From positions 500,561-564,560 of the forward strand of contig NW_003314374.1 in NCBI RefSeq assembly GCF_000143415.4: DNA of 64,000 nt, read 5' to 3'. The translations under genes were made by a program, and so were the position numbers. Origin of the DNA: Selaginella moellendorffii. Taxonomy: Eukaryota > Plantae > Lycopodiophyta. The notes beneath the pieces are model-generated. The model searched no databases. It was not told where the DNA came from and worked only from the letters and a program-made list of their open reading frames with translations. Below are positions 12,627 through 25,500 of this stretch, piece after piece. Position 1 is the first letter of the stretch. Each line of letters begins with the position of its first letter.

Positions 12627-13853
12627 ATGAAGCTCGAGGAGCCAAGGAGGCGGCGGCGGTGGTCGGGCGAGGACTGGGCGGTTCTCCCGTCGGAGCTCCT
12701 CGATCTCATCCTCCTCCGCCTCCCGCTGCTGGCCATCGTCCGAGCACGCAGCGTCTGCAAGAGCTGGAACGACGCCATCCAATCGCCGGGCTTTGCTCAC
12801 AGGAAAGCGCTGCTGGATCACGAGCTGGGCTGTGTCCCAAAAGGCTGGCTCGTCACTCTCATCGGGCGTTACAAGAAGAAATGGGTGTGGCTGTATGATC
12901 CGCGCTCGGGGCTTCGCCACCAGATCACGCTCCCGGCCTCGCTCAAGGGGACCTTTTACGAGGCGGTGGTCGTGGGTGGATTCATCTTCATCGAGGCCGG
13001 CTGCGTCAACTGCGATGACAACTTTTCGTCGAGGTACCTGGCCTGGAACCCGATCACCGGCTTCGTCAAGGAGCTCTTCGTCCCCCAGGCCGGCTGCCTC
13101 GCGGTGGTGTCCACGAACCGCAGCCTCAAAGTCTACTCGCTTAAACCCAGCGGCGGTGGTGAAGAGAGCAAGAAGATCTTGTCCGGCCTGGCGGGGTCGT
13201 GGCACAGGGTCGCCTTCCTCACTTACCGGAACCAGTTCTTCTTCGGTACGTACAGCAACGGGCTTGTCTACAGCACTAAGGCCTTCCGTGACAGGACGCT
13301 CACGGCACAGGACATGATCACTTTGAAAATCTCGGGAGTGGAGCTTCCGCCGCAGCTGGAGAGGAAGTGCCGGTGGGGGCTCAAGCTTCTCAACTCGGAG
13401 GGGAGCTTGCTGCTGCTGGTGGCATGCACGCCGCTGAGGCGCGATGGGAACCGAATGCAAGTGTGGAGGCTCATCGATGGCGCTCCTCCGGGGGCGAGGT
13501 GGGAGTTTATCAGTGCGATGCCGGAGGAGTTTTACGAGCTGGTCTTCCGGGGCAAGGTGACGCAGCACAACTGGAGGTGCGCGGCGGTGGATCATCTGGT
13601 GTACGTCTCGAGCTCGCACCGCCGGGTGGAGCAGCAGGAAGGGGTGGTGGTGCTGGACTTGAGGACTTCCAGGTGGAGCAACGTGGAGCCGGTTCACCAC
13701 GAGAGGCAGCATTGCCCGTGGTCGGCTCCCGCTGCGTTTTATCCCTCGTTCGCTTCGCTGGACGACTCGGCCATGCCTCCGCAGCCAAAGTTCTCGCCGG
13801 AAGACGTTGGGACAAGCCAGCCGAGGCCGGCGTTTCTTCGATCAATGGTGTGA
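12627..13853 (+). CDS. F-box protein, intronless
   Basis: F-box WAVLPSELLDLILLRLP...RARSVCKSW followed by a beta-rich domain; GC-rich single exon. Confidence 0.88.
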   Translation: MKLEEPRRRRRWSGEDWAVLPSELLDLILLRLPLLAIVRARSVCKSWNDAIQSPGFAHRKALLDHELGCVPKGWLVTLIGRYKKKWVWLYDPRSGLRHQITLPASLKGTFYEAVVVGGFIFIEAGCVNCDDNFSSRYLAWNPITGFVKELFVPQAGCLAVVSTNRSLKVYSLKPSGGGEESKKILSGLAGSWHRVAFLTYRNQFFFGTYSNGLVYSTKAFRDRTLTAQDMITLKISGVELPPQLERKCRWGLKLLNSEGSLLLLVACTPLRRDGNRMQVWRLIDGAPPGARWEFISAMPEEFYELVFRGKVTQHNWRCAAVDHLVYVSSSHRRVEQQEGVVVLDLRTSRWSNVEPVHHERQHCPWSAPAAFYPSFASLDDSAMPPQPKFSPEDVGTSQPRPAFLRSMV

Positions 13854-13988
13854 GGTCTGTGGAGATTTGGAAGAGAGATTGGAGCTCTGACTGTGTTTTT
13901 TGCTTTCCTTTGCAAGGCGATAAGAAGAAGAAAAAAGAGTACACAAGTCTTATCCTGCGAGTTGGAGGTAACCAAATCGGTTTTGCTT

Positions 13989-14688
13989 CTAACTGTAATG
14001 CTGCTTTGGCCAGATGAACCGACTGCCTTTCTTGTCCAAGTGCTCGTTCTCCGTTGCGTCAATCGGGTCTTGATCGTCCTCGCCGTGATTCACTTTATTT
14101 TGCGACCACTGCAAAGATGTCAGTTCAGTCCACCCTTTTTCTTTCCGGAACATTTTTTCATTCCTCTCGGTTCGCGTTTTGTTTACCATTTCCACGAGTA
14201 CTTTGTACTTGAGGTCCATCAAGTTTAGCTTCTCCTTGAGGTTCTTCATCTCCTGTTCTTGCCTGGCGTACTTGATGATCTCCCTCTCCTGTTTGATCGT
14301 CAACAGGTTGCTATCCATTTCGAGTCGAGCGGGTTTACCAGTGAGACTTTCTCCTTCCGGAGCCGTAAAACTTCCTCGTGCATTTTTCCCGCGGTGGGCT
14401 CACTCACTGGAGAAACAGGAAGAGATTCAGCGCAAGAAGCAAAACGAGAATCGATTTTTTCCTCCGACCTGGACACCAGTGCCCGTGAGAATTGCACTGG
14501 AACTGCTGGCTGTTGAGATTGATCGTGATCGGCTCGAGAGTGGTGTCCAGTTTCTTGACATTCATCACCTCGCTCGGAATTTGCTGCTGCTGTGGCGAGG
14601 AAACTCTCTTTCTCATCAAATCTCTGCACAAAAAATGTAAGAACCAGAGAATCAAATCTATGAATGAATGTTACTTGAAGAATCCCAT
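13989..14688 (-). CDS. Chibby-like coiled-coil protein (5 exons)
   Basis: Four GT-AG introns splice to MGFFKDLMRKR...LEPITINLNSQQFQCNSHGHWCP...EEVLRLRKEK...KEKLNLMDLKYKVLVEMW. This resembles the Chibby motifs PTMNLAGQSLKFENGQW, EVQRLRRR and NNLLRLKVDILLDML. Confidence 0.65.
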
Positions 14689-14807
14689 TGCGAGAAGATC
14701 AAGCTCTTTGTTTGTTTCAGAGGAGCCCTAATCAGATGGACCAACGGCCGTGTCACAGTCATGTGAAAGTGACATGGTAGTTGGGCCGAGAATACCGGCC
14801 GACTGGT

Positions 14808-14864
14808 GCCACGTGGCTGCATGCCATCGAAGAGAGATTTTTAGGGCTCATTTGGAAACCCTAA
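14808..14864. promoter_or_regulatory. Palindromic G-box and telo-box in the divergent promoter between the Chibby-like and CML genes
   Basis: GCCACGTGGC at 14808-14817; AAACCCTAA at 14856-14864. Confidence 0.45.
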
Positions 14865-14875
14865 CAGCGCTGGGG

Positions 14876-15803
14876 ATGGGCATCAAGGGGAGCAAGGATG
14901 TGCAATTGAATGACGTCTCCAAGATCGAGAGGAGAATGGTGGAGGCGATGCGCAAGCGCGCCAAGGCTGGACCATCGCCCTTCAAATCCTTCAACAGCAT
15001 TCTCATGAAATTCCCAAAGATTGACAAGTCCTTCGAGCAAGTGAGGGGCGTCTTCAAGAAATTTGGTAACTTCCCCTCTCTCTCTTTCGCGATAGCTTTG
15101 CTTATAAGATCCGTGTTCTTTGGATCTATCGCATCGCAGACAAGGATGATAGTGGAACCATCGATCTGGAGGAACTCAAGACGTGCTTCCGAGAGCTCCA
15201 GGTGGAGTTTACTGATACCGAGGTGAAAGCGTTCCATGAGGAGAGCGACATGGACAAGAGCAAAGGTGTGGACTTCAAGGAGTTTATCATCGTTCTAGCG
15301 TTGGTTTATCTGCTGGGCGAGACTGGCGCCAAGCCCGTCAAGCAAAAAGAGGAGGACAAAGGCAAGGGGTCTCAACTGAAAAATCTCGTAAGTGCTAAGC
15401 TTTCCTCTTGCTGCTTTTTGTTCTTCCAAGCTGAGAACCTTCTCTAGAAATCTCGCATTGGTTTAGCGGAGCTTGAGTCGACTTTCGAGACGATTGTAGA
15501 CACTTTCAGGTTTTTCGACAAGGATGGCGATGGCTACGTGAGCAGGAAGGAGATGATCACGGCCATTAACGAGGCTTCTCCGGGGCAGTCCTCGTCGGGC
15601 GAGAGCATCGGCGTCAAGAGATTTGGTAACTCTCAAGAAAAAACCAGAAACTTCCGTAACTTTCTTCATGCTTCTCGTACTCGACAGAGGAAATGGATTG
15701 GGACAAGAATGGGATGATCACGTTTAAGGAGTTTCTGTTTGCTTTTACTGATTGGGTTGGGATCGAAGAAGAAGAAGATGCAGACGAAGACGAGGAAGAA
15801 TGA
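14876..15803 (+). CDS. Calmodulin-like EF-hand protein (CML21/22 type)
   Basis: KSFNSILMKFPKID and four EF-hand loops: DKDDSGTIDLEE, DMDKSKGVDFKE, DKDGDGYVSRKE, DWDKNGMITFKE. Confidence 0.92.
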
Positions 15804-16080
15804 AACGTGAAGCCAAACTCGTTGTCCGGATGAGTTTTTTTTTTTTTTGTTCTCCTAACACATTCTCTGGAGGTAATTCGCTACTAGACCAAAGGTGGAC
15901 ATCGCTTTAGAGGTCCCTCCCTTGACAAGCTTGATATGATTTACTAGCAATATAAACAACAGCATTTGATCCCAAGTAACTCAGGAAACCTGTGCCAGAA
16001 ACAGAAACGGGAAGAGAATTGAAATACAATACCCTGAGGGATGCCATGCTACGTAACTTCGATCATGGCCACACAAACAC

Positions 16081-17860
16081 TTAACTTGCAAAGTTTGTGA
16101 GCATGTTGTGGAGTAGAGAGTATGCACCAAGGTGGCATGGGTTCAACTGCAGAACACGCCGCACAATCCTGCACCCCAGACAGAAGTCATTCTGCATTCT
16201 GCACGCACCCAGCAGCGCCATGTACGTTTCTACATCAACTTCAAACGGAATCACCCGAATCAACTCATCGGCTTGAGTTAGCCACCCCGCCCTCGCCAGG
16301 AGATCCACAACACACGCGTAGTGTTCCACCGCTTGAGAGATCTTTCGGTCATCGGCCATGGAGGAAAAGAAGTCTCTTCCTCGATCAATCATCCCCGCGT
16401 GGCTGCATGCAGTGAGAAGGCACACGTAAGTTACAGCGTCGAAATCCACCCCGTGGAGCTCCATTTCGAGATAAAGCTCGAAAAACTCCGGGAGTCTGGA
16501 TTCGTGAGCGTATGCCGCCAGCGTCGTCGTCCATGCGCAAGAATCCGGAATTCTTTGCTCCTCGATGATCCTCTGAGCTCGATCCGGGAAGCCACACCCG
16601 CAGTACATCTCCACGACCGCGATCGCGAGCTTTGAATCGCGAGCGAGCGTGATGGAGCCTTGGCGATCGATACGAGCGTGGATCTCGCAGCCCAGATCAA
16701 AATCTCTGGCTTGCGAGCACGACGCTAGCACGCTCTGGAATGTGATCTCGTTGGGTTCCAGCGCTGATTCCATTCTCTGGAAGAGATGGATCACTTCACG
16801 GTGATTGCCCTGTTGGACGTACGCTGAAATGATAGAGTTCCAGCTTACAACATCTCTGTTCTTGATCAAATCGAAAACTTTCCTTGCGTCTTCTACGCAG
16901 CCACACTTGCCGTAGAGATTGATGAGCGAATTCGCCACGAATTCATTCTCTTCCAGCATCGATCTTCTCTTTTGATCCCTCGCGATCATCCTGTGTATCT
17001 GTCGGCCCTCTTCTAGGCACCTCAAGATCGAGCACGCATTTAGAACCGCAACGAACGTCACCGCATCAGGATGGATCTCTCGGATGCTGGCCATTTCTCT
17101 GTAGATCTCGAGCGCTCTGGCCGGATGCCCCGATCGTGTGTAGGCCGATATGATCGCCGTCCAGACGTGGGCGCTTCTCGATCTGTGCTTGATCCGATCA
17201 AACACCCCTCTCGCCTCGTCCAGCCTACCGCATTTGCCGTAGAAATCGATGAGCGCGCTCGCCACGATCGCGTTCTCTTCCAGCCCCATGGATCGAACCT
17301 GGCAGTGGATGATCTTTCCCTGCGAGAGATCCAGCAGTCCACAGCACGCAGCGATGGCATTGACGAACGTCGCGGGCGTCGGCCGCAAATCCATCTCTTT
17401 GTATAGCTCCAAAGCCTTGCCAAAATGTCCACACTGGGTATTTGCTCTAATCATCGTGTTCCAAGATATTACGTTTCTTTCTTTTACATTTTCAAATATA
17501 TTCCTCGCTAGATCTAAGAAACCGCAATTCGAATACATGTTCATCAGCGCATTTGCAACTGCGGCATTGGATTCGAGATTTCTTTCTCGAATCTTTGAGT
17601 GGAGTGCTTTGCCCTGTGTTAGATCCTTGCTCGATGAGCAGGCGTCCAGAGCGGCGGTGTAGGTGAAGGCATCGGGATGGAATCCCTGCGATTCCAGCTC
17701 ATGGTAGAGGTGGATCGCTTGGCGGCCATGTCCATTTCGGGCATAAGCAGTGATGATGGCAGTCCACGACACTAAATCTTTGTTGGGGATGGCATCAAAA
17801 ACATCCCACGCGCGCTGCAAGCTGCCGCATTTGCCATACATTTTTATCAGTGTGGTGGCT
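16081..17860 (-). CDS. PLS-class pentatricopeptide repeat protein with E-like C-terminus; 5' end apparently truncated by repeat DNA
   Basis: Repeated MYGKCG...A..VFD...VSW..II.AY motifs, LLTACSHAG, EHYACVVDLLARAG, LLGACR; no DYW domain. PPR-like sequence stops abruptly at about 17860. Confidence 0.9.
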
Positions 17861-20249
17861 TGTGCTAATAGCACCATAAAAGAAGCTAACCATAAGGCTT
17901 GGACTTGCCACCTTTTTCTCCTAGAGGTCCTGGGTTCAATATTTAAAACAAGATTTAAAACATATAAGATTGAATTGATTCTATAAATATGCTCATGCTT
18001 GCACTAATTTTCCTAAGGTCTTATACTAGCAAATGATTATAGGATGGAGGTTTTGTTTGAGAATACCTACCTGAAATAGTCCGGAAATCTTAGAACCATC
18101 CCCAATGCCTATCAAAAGCTACAATTGTTGAGGATCAAGGAGACGAAGAATTATCAAAAGCTTTAAGCTTTTGCATTTTAATTTTTTCTTATGTTTGTGG
18201 TTAGCTTTTACAAAATTTCTTTTCCCTTTTTAACAAAGGGGAGAATTCTTTTATTTTCCTTTAGTTGAAGGGAAACTCACCACCCTTCAAATTTATGTCT
18301 TGCACCTTAGCACAATAGAATAGAGTGGGTGGCACCATTTGGCCCACCCTTGACTAACATGGCAAAACCCTAGTGAACCCAGTTATAATCACTTGTCCCA
18401 GTAACATCAATTGTATGCAAACATGCTGACTTGAAAACTAGTTTCTTTGTCACCACCACCAGATTTATACTCCCTTACATTGAGAGACTTGTGCTGGAGC
18501 TCATGGATCTTGACGACTGTGGACATTGAGGCCAGTTGAGCATACAATCCCAGCTTCACCATCCAGCCATAGGGGATGGCCCTCGATGTATCTTCTTCTT
18601 CCCAGTTTTTCCAAATTTTCTAGGATCATTATTTTCATCCTTGATGTATCCTTTTGGTTCCATAATAAAGGCTCTACTTTGCTAAGTTTAGAGGGTGTTC
18701 ACTTATAGTAAATGTAAGTTCTTGAGTTTGGACTTCCCATCACCTAGCCTAATACTATTCAAACTTAAGGACACTTAATCTTAAATATCCTAAAACTCTT
18801 AACCGAATGGAAAAGGAGGTGCATTTTTGTTCATGGGCCCTTTCCCTTTATATTTGAACCCTATAGATCGTCTCTTAAATTGTTTTTTTTAGTTATTTTA
18901 TAATCCACCATGCTTCCCTGCAAGTTCATGCCTTCCTGAACGGAAGTTGAGAGCTGCAACTCTCCTGAGAGCCCCGCTCTCTTGACACCCTACCCCTTGA
19001 GTCAAGCCCAACGGGAGCAAATTGGACCTGCCAAATGTCAATTAACATGTGGTGTGATTCCCCTAGCCAACCAACAAAGTCAGACCCAAGACCCTTTTGA
19101 TACAACATGTAAACTCCTAAGTTTGGACTTCCCGAGAGGTCACTTAACTTAGTACTATTCAAACCCAAAGACGCTTAACCCCAAATATCCCAAGATTTTT
19201 AACCGATTGGAAAAAGGGGTGCATTCTTGTTTATGGGCCCTTTCCCTCTATATTTAAACGCTATGGATCATGTCTCAAATCGTTCTTTTTGGTTGTTTAT
19301 AGTAAATCTCCATAATATTTTCTATTGTGGGCTTTATCTAAGCCCAACCTAAGGAATAAGGTTCTTAGTTCAAAATGTTGATTTAAACTATTGGTAATGG
19401 TGTGGCTTGGTCAAGGTGACCAAGTGGGAAAGACATCTAAGGGAAATGAACTACGATAATATAATGGTATCATGAGTTCAAAAAAATAATCTCTATAGAA
19501 AGACTCATGGGTGAGTCGCAAACTTCACAAGGATTTTATCTTTATTTAGCCATAAAATCACTTAGTGATCTAACTTTGACACTTTAATAAATTTGCTAAT
19601 AGGTACTAAGTCTTCCAGAACTTTAAGTTGTTGACCATGACCCTAAAGACATCCCCTACACTTGGCAGTGCGCCCAAATCAACCCTTTTGGCCAGAGGTT
19701 CATAGCAACTAAGCTTGGTTTTTTCTATTTCATTCACCACATCCTTAGTGCCACTTGCACCAAAGTGTTCAAGTTAGATATTTTAAGCTTTAACACTAAG
19801 TAATATAACTATGCATCACGACTCTAAGCCATCCCCCACTTGGCAATATGCCCAAGCTAGTCTCTTTATTGAGAGCCCATTATGATCGAAAAATCAATGT
19901 CCTCATATTCTAAACTATCACCATACCTTAGTGAATGGGTTGCTTGGGTTACTTGAACCCAAGCACTAAAGGGTTGGGACTCAAACCCAACCTCTGTATA
20001 TGCATCTACGGATAGCATCACCTAGAATAACTAGTGTGACTCCCCACACCGGTGCACCAATTTAATCCCAAAATGTGCTATTGATCACAATTTATGAACT
20101 TAATTCCTCCGAATTGCTAAGTCCTCTCATCTAACAAGTCTATGATCATGCATGGACTCCTCCATGCTCGGCCCTATAGGCTACCCTTTTGAAGTCAACA
20201 CCTTCATCTAGGGTCTTTGTTCCCTTGACTTGTCAATCTTGCTTAGCAA
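17861..20249 (-). mobile_element. Old degenerate Ty3/gypsy-like element, left part (integrase side)
   Basis: Decayed pol-like peptides on the minus strand. The sequence joins to 28635 across element A, giving SEDLLSKI (like VADALSR). Confidence 0.45.
18711..19300. repeat. Diverged ~190-bp direct duplication
   Basis: 18711-18900 and 19107-19300 share GTTTGGACTTCCC...TACTATTCAAAC...ATGGGCCCTTTCCCT. Confidence 0.8.
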
Positions 20250-22471
20250 TGTAAGGAACCAACTCCCCGAGGTGTCGTAGGCTAAAGGATCCCCAAAAGC
20301 ATGACCAGAATGACAAAGAGTTCATCAGATGGGACCGAGTCTGAGATTGAGTCCAAGATTGACTCTGAGACCGAGTTCGAGATGGAGTCCGGAATCGAGT
20401 CCGAGGCCGACTTGGAGACCGAGTTCAAGACCGAGTTCGAGACCGAGTTCAAGACGGAGTCCGAGATCCAAAAACGGGTCTGAGACCAAGTCCGAGATCG
20501 AGTCTGAAGTCGAGTCGAGACCTAGTCCGAGTACTAATACAAGTCAAGGGGTGAAAGCCCAAAGCGTGCATCTCCCGGGGGGGCTGTAGGGGGTTCCAAA
20601 AGTATAGTAGGGATAGTGAGGTCTAGGAACCAATCTTGAAGGAACTCTCCAGTGGTGCTTCCAAACTGACTTGAGGTTGAGACTGGGGTTGCGGGGCCTT
20701 GGGTGGGAGTGAGCATGGACTCGGGTAGTGCTGGAGGGGCCACCCAGGGAAGTGCTCAAGAGCAGCTCATACTCCCGAAAGGGAAACCAACTGTAGTGCT
20801 CCTGGCTTATATGGAGTGGTGCCCCACTTGAGTACTTTGTGGCTCATTGGTCAGGGACTTGGGCCTTCCCTTTGGGATGGAAGTGGGGGGGGGGGTAGAG
20901 GTACCCATACCTGGCCGTTAGGCGACGGTGTTTCGCCTCGGCATCCTAAAGCAAGTGTTGCACCCAAGACTTGAGATTTAGAGGGTCCCATGATCAAGTC
21001 TTGTGGTACCAAAGGATGTTAAAAACCTGGAGGCTTGGTGTGCTTGGCTGCTTGTGCCTGCGGGGAGTGTAGCCGAACCTTAAGTCCAGTCTAACCCGGG
21101 GAGGGGGATTGAGAGAAATTTGGGAATCCGTGGATGGATGGCTGTCGCGAATGTGACTTCGGGTATCGAAAGTTACCTGTCGACCAGTCCTTTCGGATAT
21201 TCTTTCCTTACTGCCACGACGGCAGGAGGTCGGTATTGCTGGACTCGTTATCAGTCTCCGCCTGAGCTAGTTGAGAAACTGGTCATCACATGTGCACTTA
21301 GACCGGAAGGGCACTAAGGAAGGAAATCCTAAGTTGTCATTTGTCAAGCAGACTTGATACGGTGATGAGAAACTCATGATGTTAACTTGCACTTGCTAGT
21401 GTTGGGAACCCCTGCGATAATGAGCTTGGTCCCTCAATATCGCTAGATAATAGCTTACCGTGTCTGCCAAACACCCTTGCTATCATGCTTTTTGTGTTAG
21501 TATCAATTCGGTCCCAAATGCTATTTATGGAAAGTGTCTAAATTTGCTCATTTGGCATATTTACGGAATGTAGAGATCATTCTGAACACAATGGTGTTTG
21601 TCCCATGTCCAAATTCGCAATCTAAGGACATTCCATATTTAGTAAGTTTCAAGCTTGTCCCAGAGACTAACTCCTGATACTAAAGGAGGCTTGGGGTGAA
21701 AGCCCAAAGCGTGTGTTCCTCAAGGGGGGGGGGGGGGGGGGGTTATGGGGGGTTCCAAATGTATAGTAGGGATAGTGGGTAGGTCAGGCATGGCCGACCA
21801 ACCTGAGGCATAATCTAGCTCCCGCTTGCGTGCCTGTCCTTGTTCTGCATCCGGCTTGGGTCTAAGCCCAAGTTCCATTCCATGCTAGCTAGTGGAGTAC
21901 CCATATCTTCACATTAGGCCACCGGTATGCCGAAATAGCGCCAGACTCCGTTTGGCACTGTTTTGCGTGCTGGTCCTAGCATTAGGATGCTGGTTACTCT
22001 AGGACTGTTCCAAGTTGCTCTAGGCTCCTGTCCCTTCGCTCTTTGGGCTGTATGCTCGGGAGTTGCTCCGTGGTTCGGTTCCGTCACTCCTCAGTTCCAT
22101 GCTTGGGAGTTTGACACCGTTCCTTCGTTCAGTGGCCCAAGGCCCTGAACCTTGGGTTCCGCACCACTGTCCTTTGGACACATGGCATATGACACATGGC
22201 ATGTGTCACGTGGCAGAAAGAGGGTTTAGGTTCCGCTTCGTGGTGTTATCCTATGGTAAATCACCATAGGATAAAGGGTCAAAACCACGTGTGCTACAAT
22301 GGCTAACACTCCGTTGCTCGTGTAGTGAGAAGCTGAAACCGAGTAGGACCAAGTAGGAGCTAGTACCATAGGCAGGGACCTTGGTGAGGGAACTTAGCAA
22401 AAGCCAAGGCAGTGTTGGACGGATAGATGAGGTAAGCTGGCAAATTGGAAAGGAAAAATTTATGGCTTACA
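20250..22471 (+). repeat. 5' LTR of element A (interrupted by a solo LTR)
   Basis: Matches the 3' LTR on both sides of 21143-22298; contains a 12-bp GAGACCGAGTTC-type tandem array at about 20330-20530. Confidence 0.93.
21143..22298 (+). mobile_element. Solo LTR related to the element B LTR, inserted in the 5' LTR of A
   Basis: TG...CA ends; perfect TSD ATGGC (21138-21142, 22299-22303); absent from the 3' LTR of A; similar to 53926-54775. Confidence 0.92.
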
Positions 22472-22530
22472 ATTTTGTATCGGAGCTTTTTCCTCAGTTC
22501 TAGCGAAGGATAAAGGCAGATTGCTAGGAG

Positions 22531-25500
22531 ATGGCAAAAGGAGGGTGTAAGCGAACCAAGGCAGAGACAGAACCTCCGCCAGAGCTGGAGCCTCTGGTCG
22601 AACAAGAGGTTATGGATGAGGATCCTTACATGAGGAGGACTCCAGTGAGGAAACTTCTAAACAGGAATTCGATAGCGAGGTTTGGTCATCCAAGGCTCGA
22701 TTGGATGTTCTAGAAGGACAATTGGCATAGACCAATGACCTGCTGGAGACTCTCGTACACAAGGTAAAGCGTGACGAGAAGCAGAAGAAAAAACGAAAGA
22801 TTGTAGATACTGGCAACATAGAAGGTGCGGACCCTTCGGTTGGGACTGAGGTAGAACCAAACAAGGTCAAACAAACTGAAGTGGAATCAATCCCTCAAGC
22901 AGTTCCCAAGTACAAACCAAAACCCTCACCGGTCTTCAAGGGAGTTAATGACTATAAGGTGGTAGAGGATTGGTTTTACTATATGGAGGACTACTTCCGA
23001 GCGTTGCGGTTACCAAGCTCGGAGAAGGTCCCATATGCAAAACCATACTTGGTAGATAATGCCAAGTCTTGGTGGAGAACGACAGAGGCCAACGAAGGAC
23101 CAGTGGCCACTTGGGAAATGATGAAGGCGAGGATCCGCGCAACTTACGTTCCCCCAAATGCTACTCTACATCTAAGAGATGAGCTGAGTACGCTGAAGCA
23201 AACCGAAACCATTCAGGAGTATGTGAATGCATTTATGGCAAAGAGGATACTTGTCATGGACATGGGTGATATGGATGCATTCCATGCCTTCATATCAAGC
23301 TTGCAAACCTGGGCTCACGGTGAGGTCATGCGTTAGAACCCGACCAACTATAAGGAAGCATTGGATGCGGCCATCAAGGTGTATTTCAACGATAACCTGC
23401 GAAAGGGAAACACGACGGGGTCGGGGTCCACGTTTAGCAAAGGGGCCAAACCAAGGGGAACATATAGCAAAGGGAAATTTAAGAAGAGTTTCTCTAAGAA
23501 TGAGTCTTCGGGGTTTTAGAAAGGCAAATCCGGCGGCCAGCGAGCAAGTACGTGGGGGAGTCAAACAAAAAGAGACAAACCCACAGATAAGAAGGTCAAG
23601 TCGTTAAACAGCGTGGGAAACAACGTATGCTACAACTGCAGTGAAGTGGGACACTTTTCGAGGGAATGTCCCTACCCGAAGAAGGCCAAAGCCAATATGG
23701 CCATTAAGTCAGGTGAAGTCCAAATTGAGGTATGTGATCCAATCCCTAGTTCAAAGTTACTCATTACACGAGCAACTTTAGTAGAGAGTCGTTCACGACA
23801 TCTACTAGCCCTCCGAGGGAAGCTCGGAGGTAGCTTTGTTAAGTTCCTTATTAACACAAGTGCATCGGATAATTTTGTGGTTGCAGATATAGTCCAGCAA
23901 GCCGGACTAACGGTGCAGCGGCTGGGCGAACCAACGACTATAGAGTTTGTTCAAGGCAGCCAAAGCACCGATGAGGTACTTCGACAAGCGAGAGTCGAAG
24001 TGGGGACATGGAAAGTAGACATGGATTTCACCGTGTTGGATATGGCGGGATTTGACATGATCTTCGGGATGGATTTGTTCAATTGGTTCGTGGTAGCCCT
24101 GCATGGACAAGGTAAGAACCTTGTGCTACTAGCGAATGCTCAAGGAAGAAGATCTAAGATGGAGGCTCAAGATCTAAAGGTAGGGCAATGCAAGGCCAAA
24201 GATTCCTACCTAAACCTAGTGTCCACGAGAGGACAACTCACTAAAGGAACCAAGGCAGCATTTTTGTGGTTACTCTTGGTGAAGAGTGACAAAAAGACGG
24301 GACCGGAAGAAGTACCTTTAGTGATCTAGCGGGTGTTGGACCAATTCCAGGATACCATGCCGAAGGAGTTACCGGCGGGGTTGCCCCCCGCACGACCGAT
24401 AGAACATAAGATTGAGCTAGCCGAGGGTGTTGAGGCAGTGGTTCATCCGCCCTATCGTTTGAACGAAAAGGAACTCGAGGAGCTCAAGCGCCAACTAAAG
24501 GAGTTGGTGGACAAAGGGTATGTTAGGTTGAGCAAGTCCCTGTATGGGGCGCCGGTGTTATTTGTAAAAAAGAAAGATGGATCTATGCGCATGTGCATAG
24601 ACTACCGGTTGCTCAACAAGTATACAAAGAAGAACAAGTACCCTTTGCCAAGGATCGAAGACCTATTCGATAGGTTGGGAAAGGCAAAATACTTCTCGAG
24701 GATTGACCTAAGGTCAGGATACTACCAAATCAGGGTAGCAAAAGAAGATGTTGAGAAGACAACCTGTCGAACAAGGTATGGGAGCTTTGAGTTTCTGGTG
24801 ATGCCCTTTGGGCTATGCAATGCGCCAGCAACATCTTTGTACCCTATTTAGATCACTTTGTGGTCATCTATATTGACGACATCTTGATCTATAGCGAAAC
24901 GCTAGAGGAGCATGCCGAACACTTAACGAAAGTGTTTAAGAAACTAAGGGAACATCAGCTGTATGCTAAAGAGAGAAAATGTGACTTTGCTCAACAAGAG
25001 GTAAAGTTTCTCGGGTATGTGGTGGGCAAGGACTGGCTCAAAGTGGACCCTGAGAAGGTCCAAGCGATCCAGGATTGGGAGCGACCATCAAATATACACG
25101 AGTTAAGGGCATTCTTGGGGCTACGCAACTACTACTGAAAGTTTATCAGACACTATTTGAGAGTAGCCCTACTCTTAACGGACCAAACGGGAAAAGGGAA
25201 GATGGTATAGACAGTAGAATGCGAGGCAACATTTGTCCACCTCAAAGGGAAGTTGAGGAAAGCTCCCATGTTGGCATTACTAGACTTTGGTAAGGACTTT
25301 GAGGTAGAAACGGATGCTTCAGACTTTGCATTGAGCGTAGTTTTAAAGCAAGACAACCATCCAGTAGTATTCTTCTTGAAGAAGTTGGACAAGGCTCAAT
25401 GGAAGTGGCCTGCCCACCAGAAGGAATTGTTTGCGGTGGTCAAGGCGCTCAAGGAGTGGTGACACTACCTTGGGAGACACTTCAAGGTTTACATGGACAA

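Noticed and set aside
12555-13712. 385-aa antisense ORF over the F-box gene
   Set aside because: Shadow ORF of a GC-rich coding strand.
20301-20589. Glu/Ser-rich ORFs in both LTRs of element A
   Set aside because: Translations of the 12-bp tandem array; frame and length differ between the LTRs.
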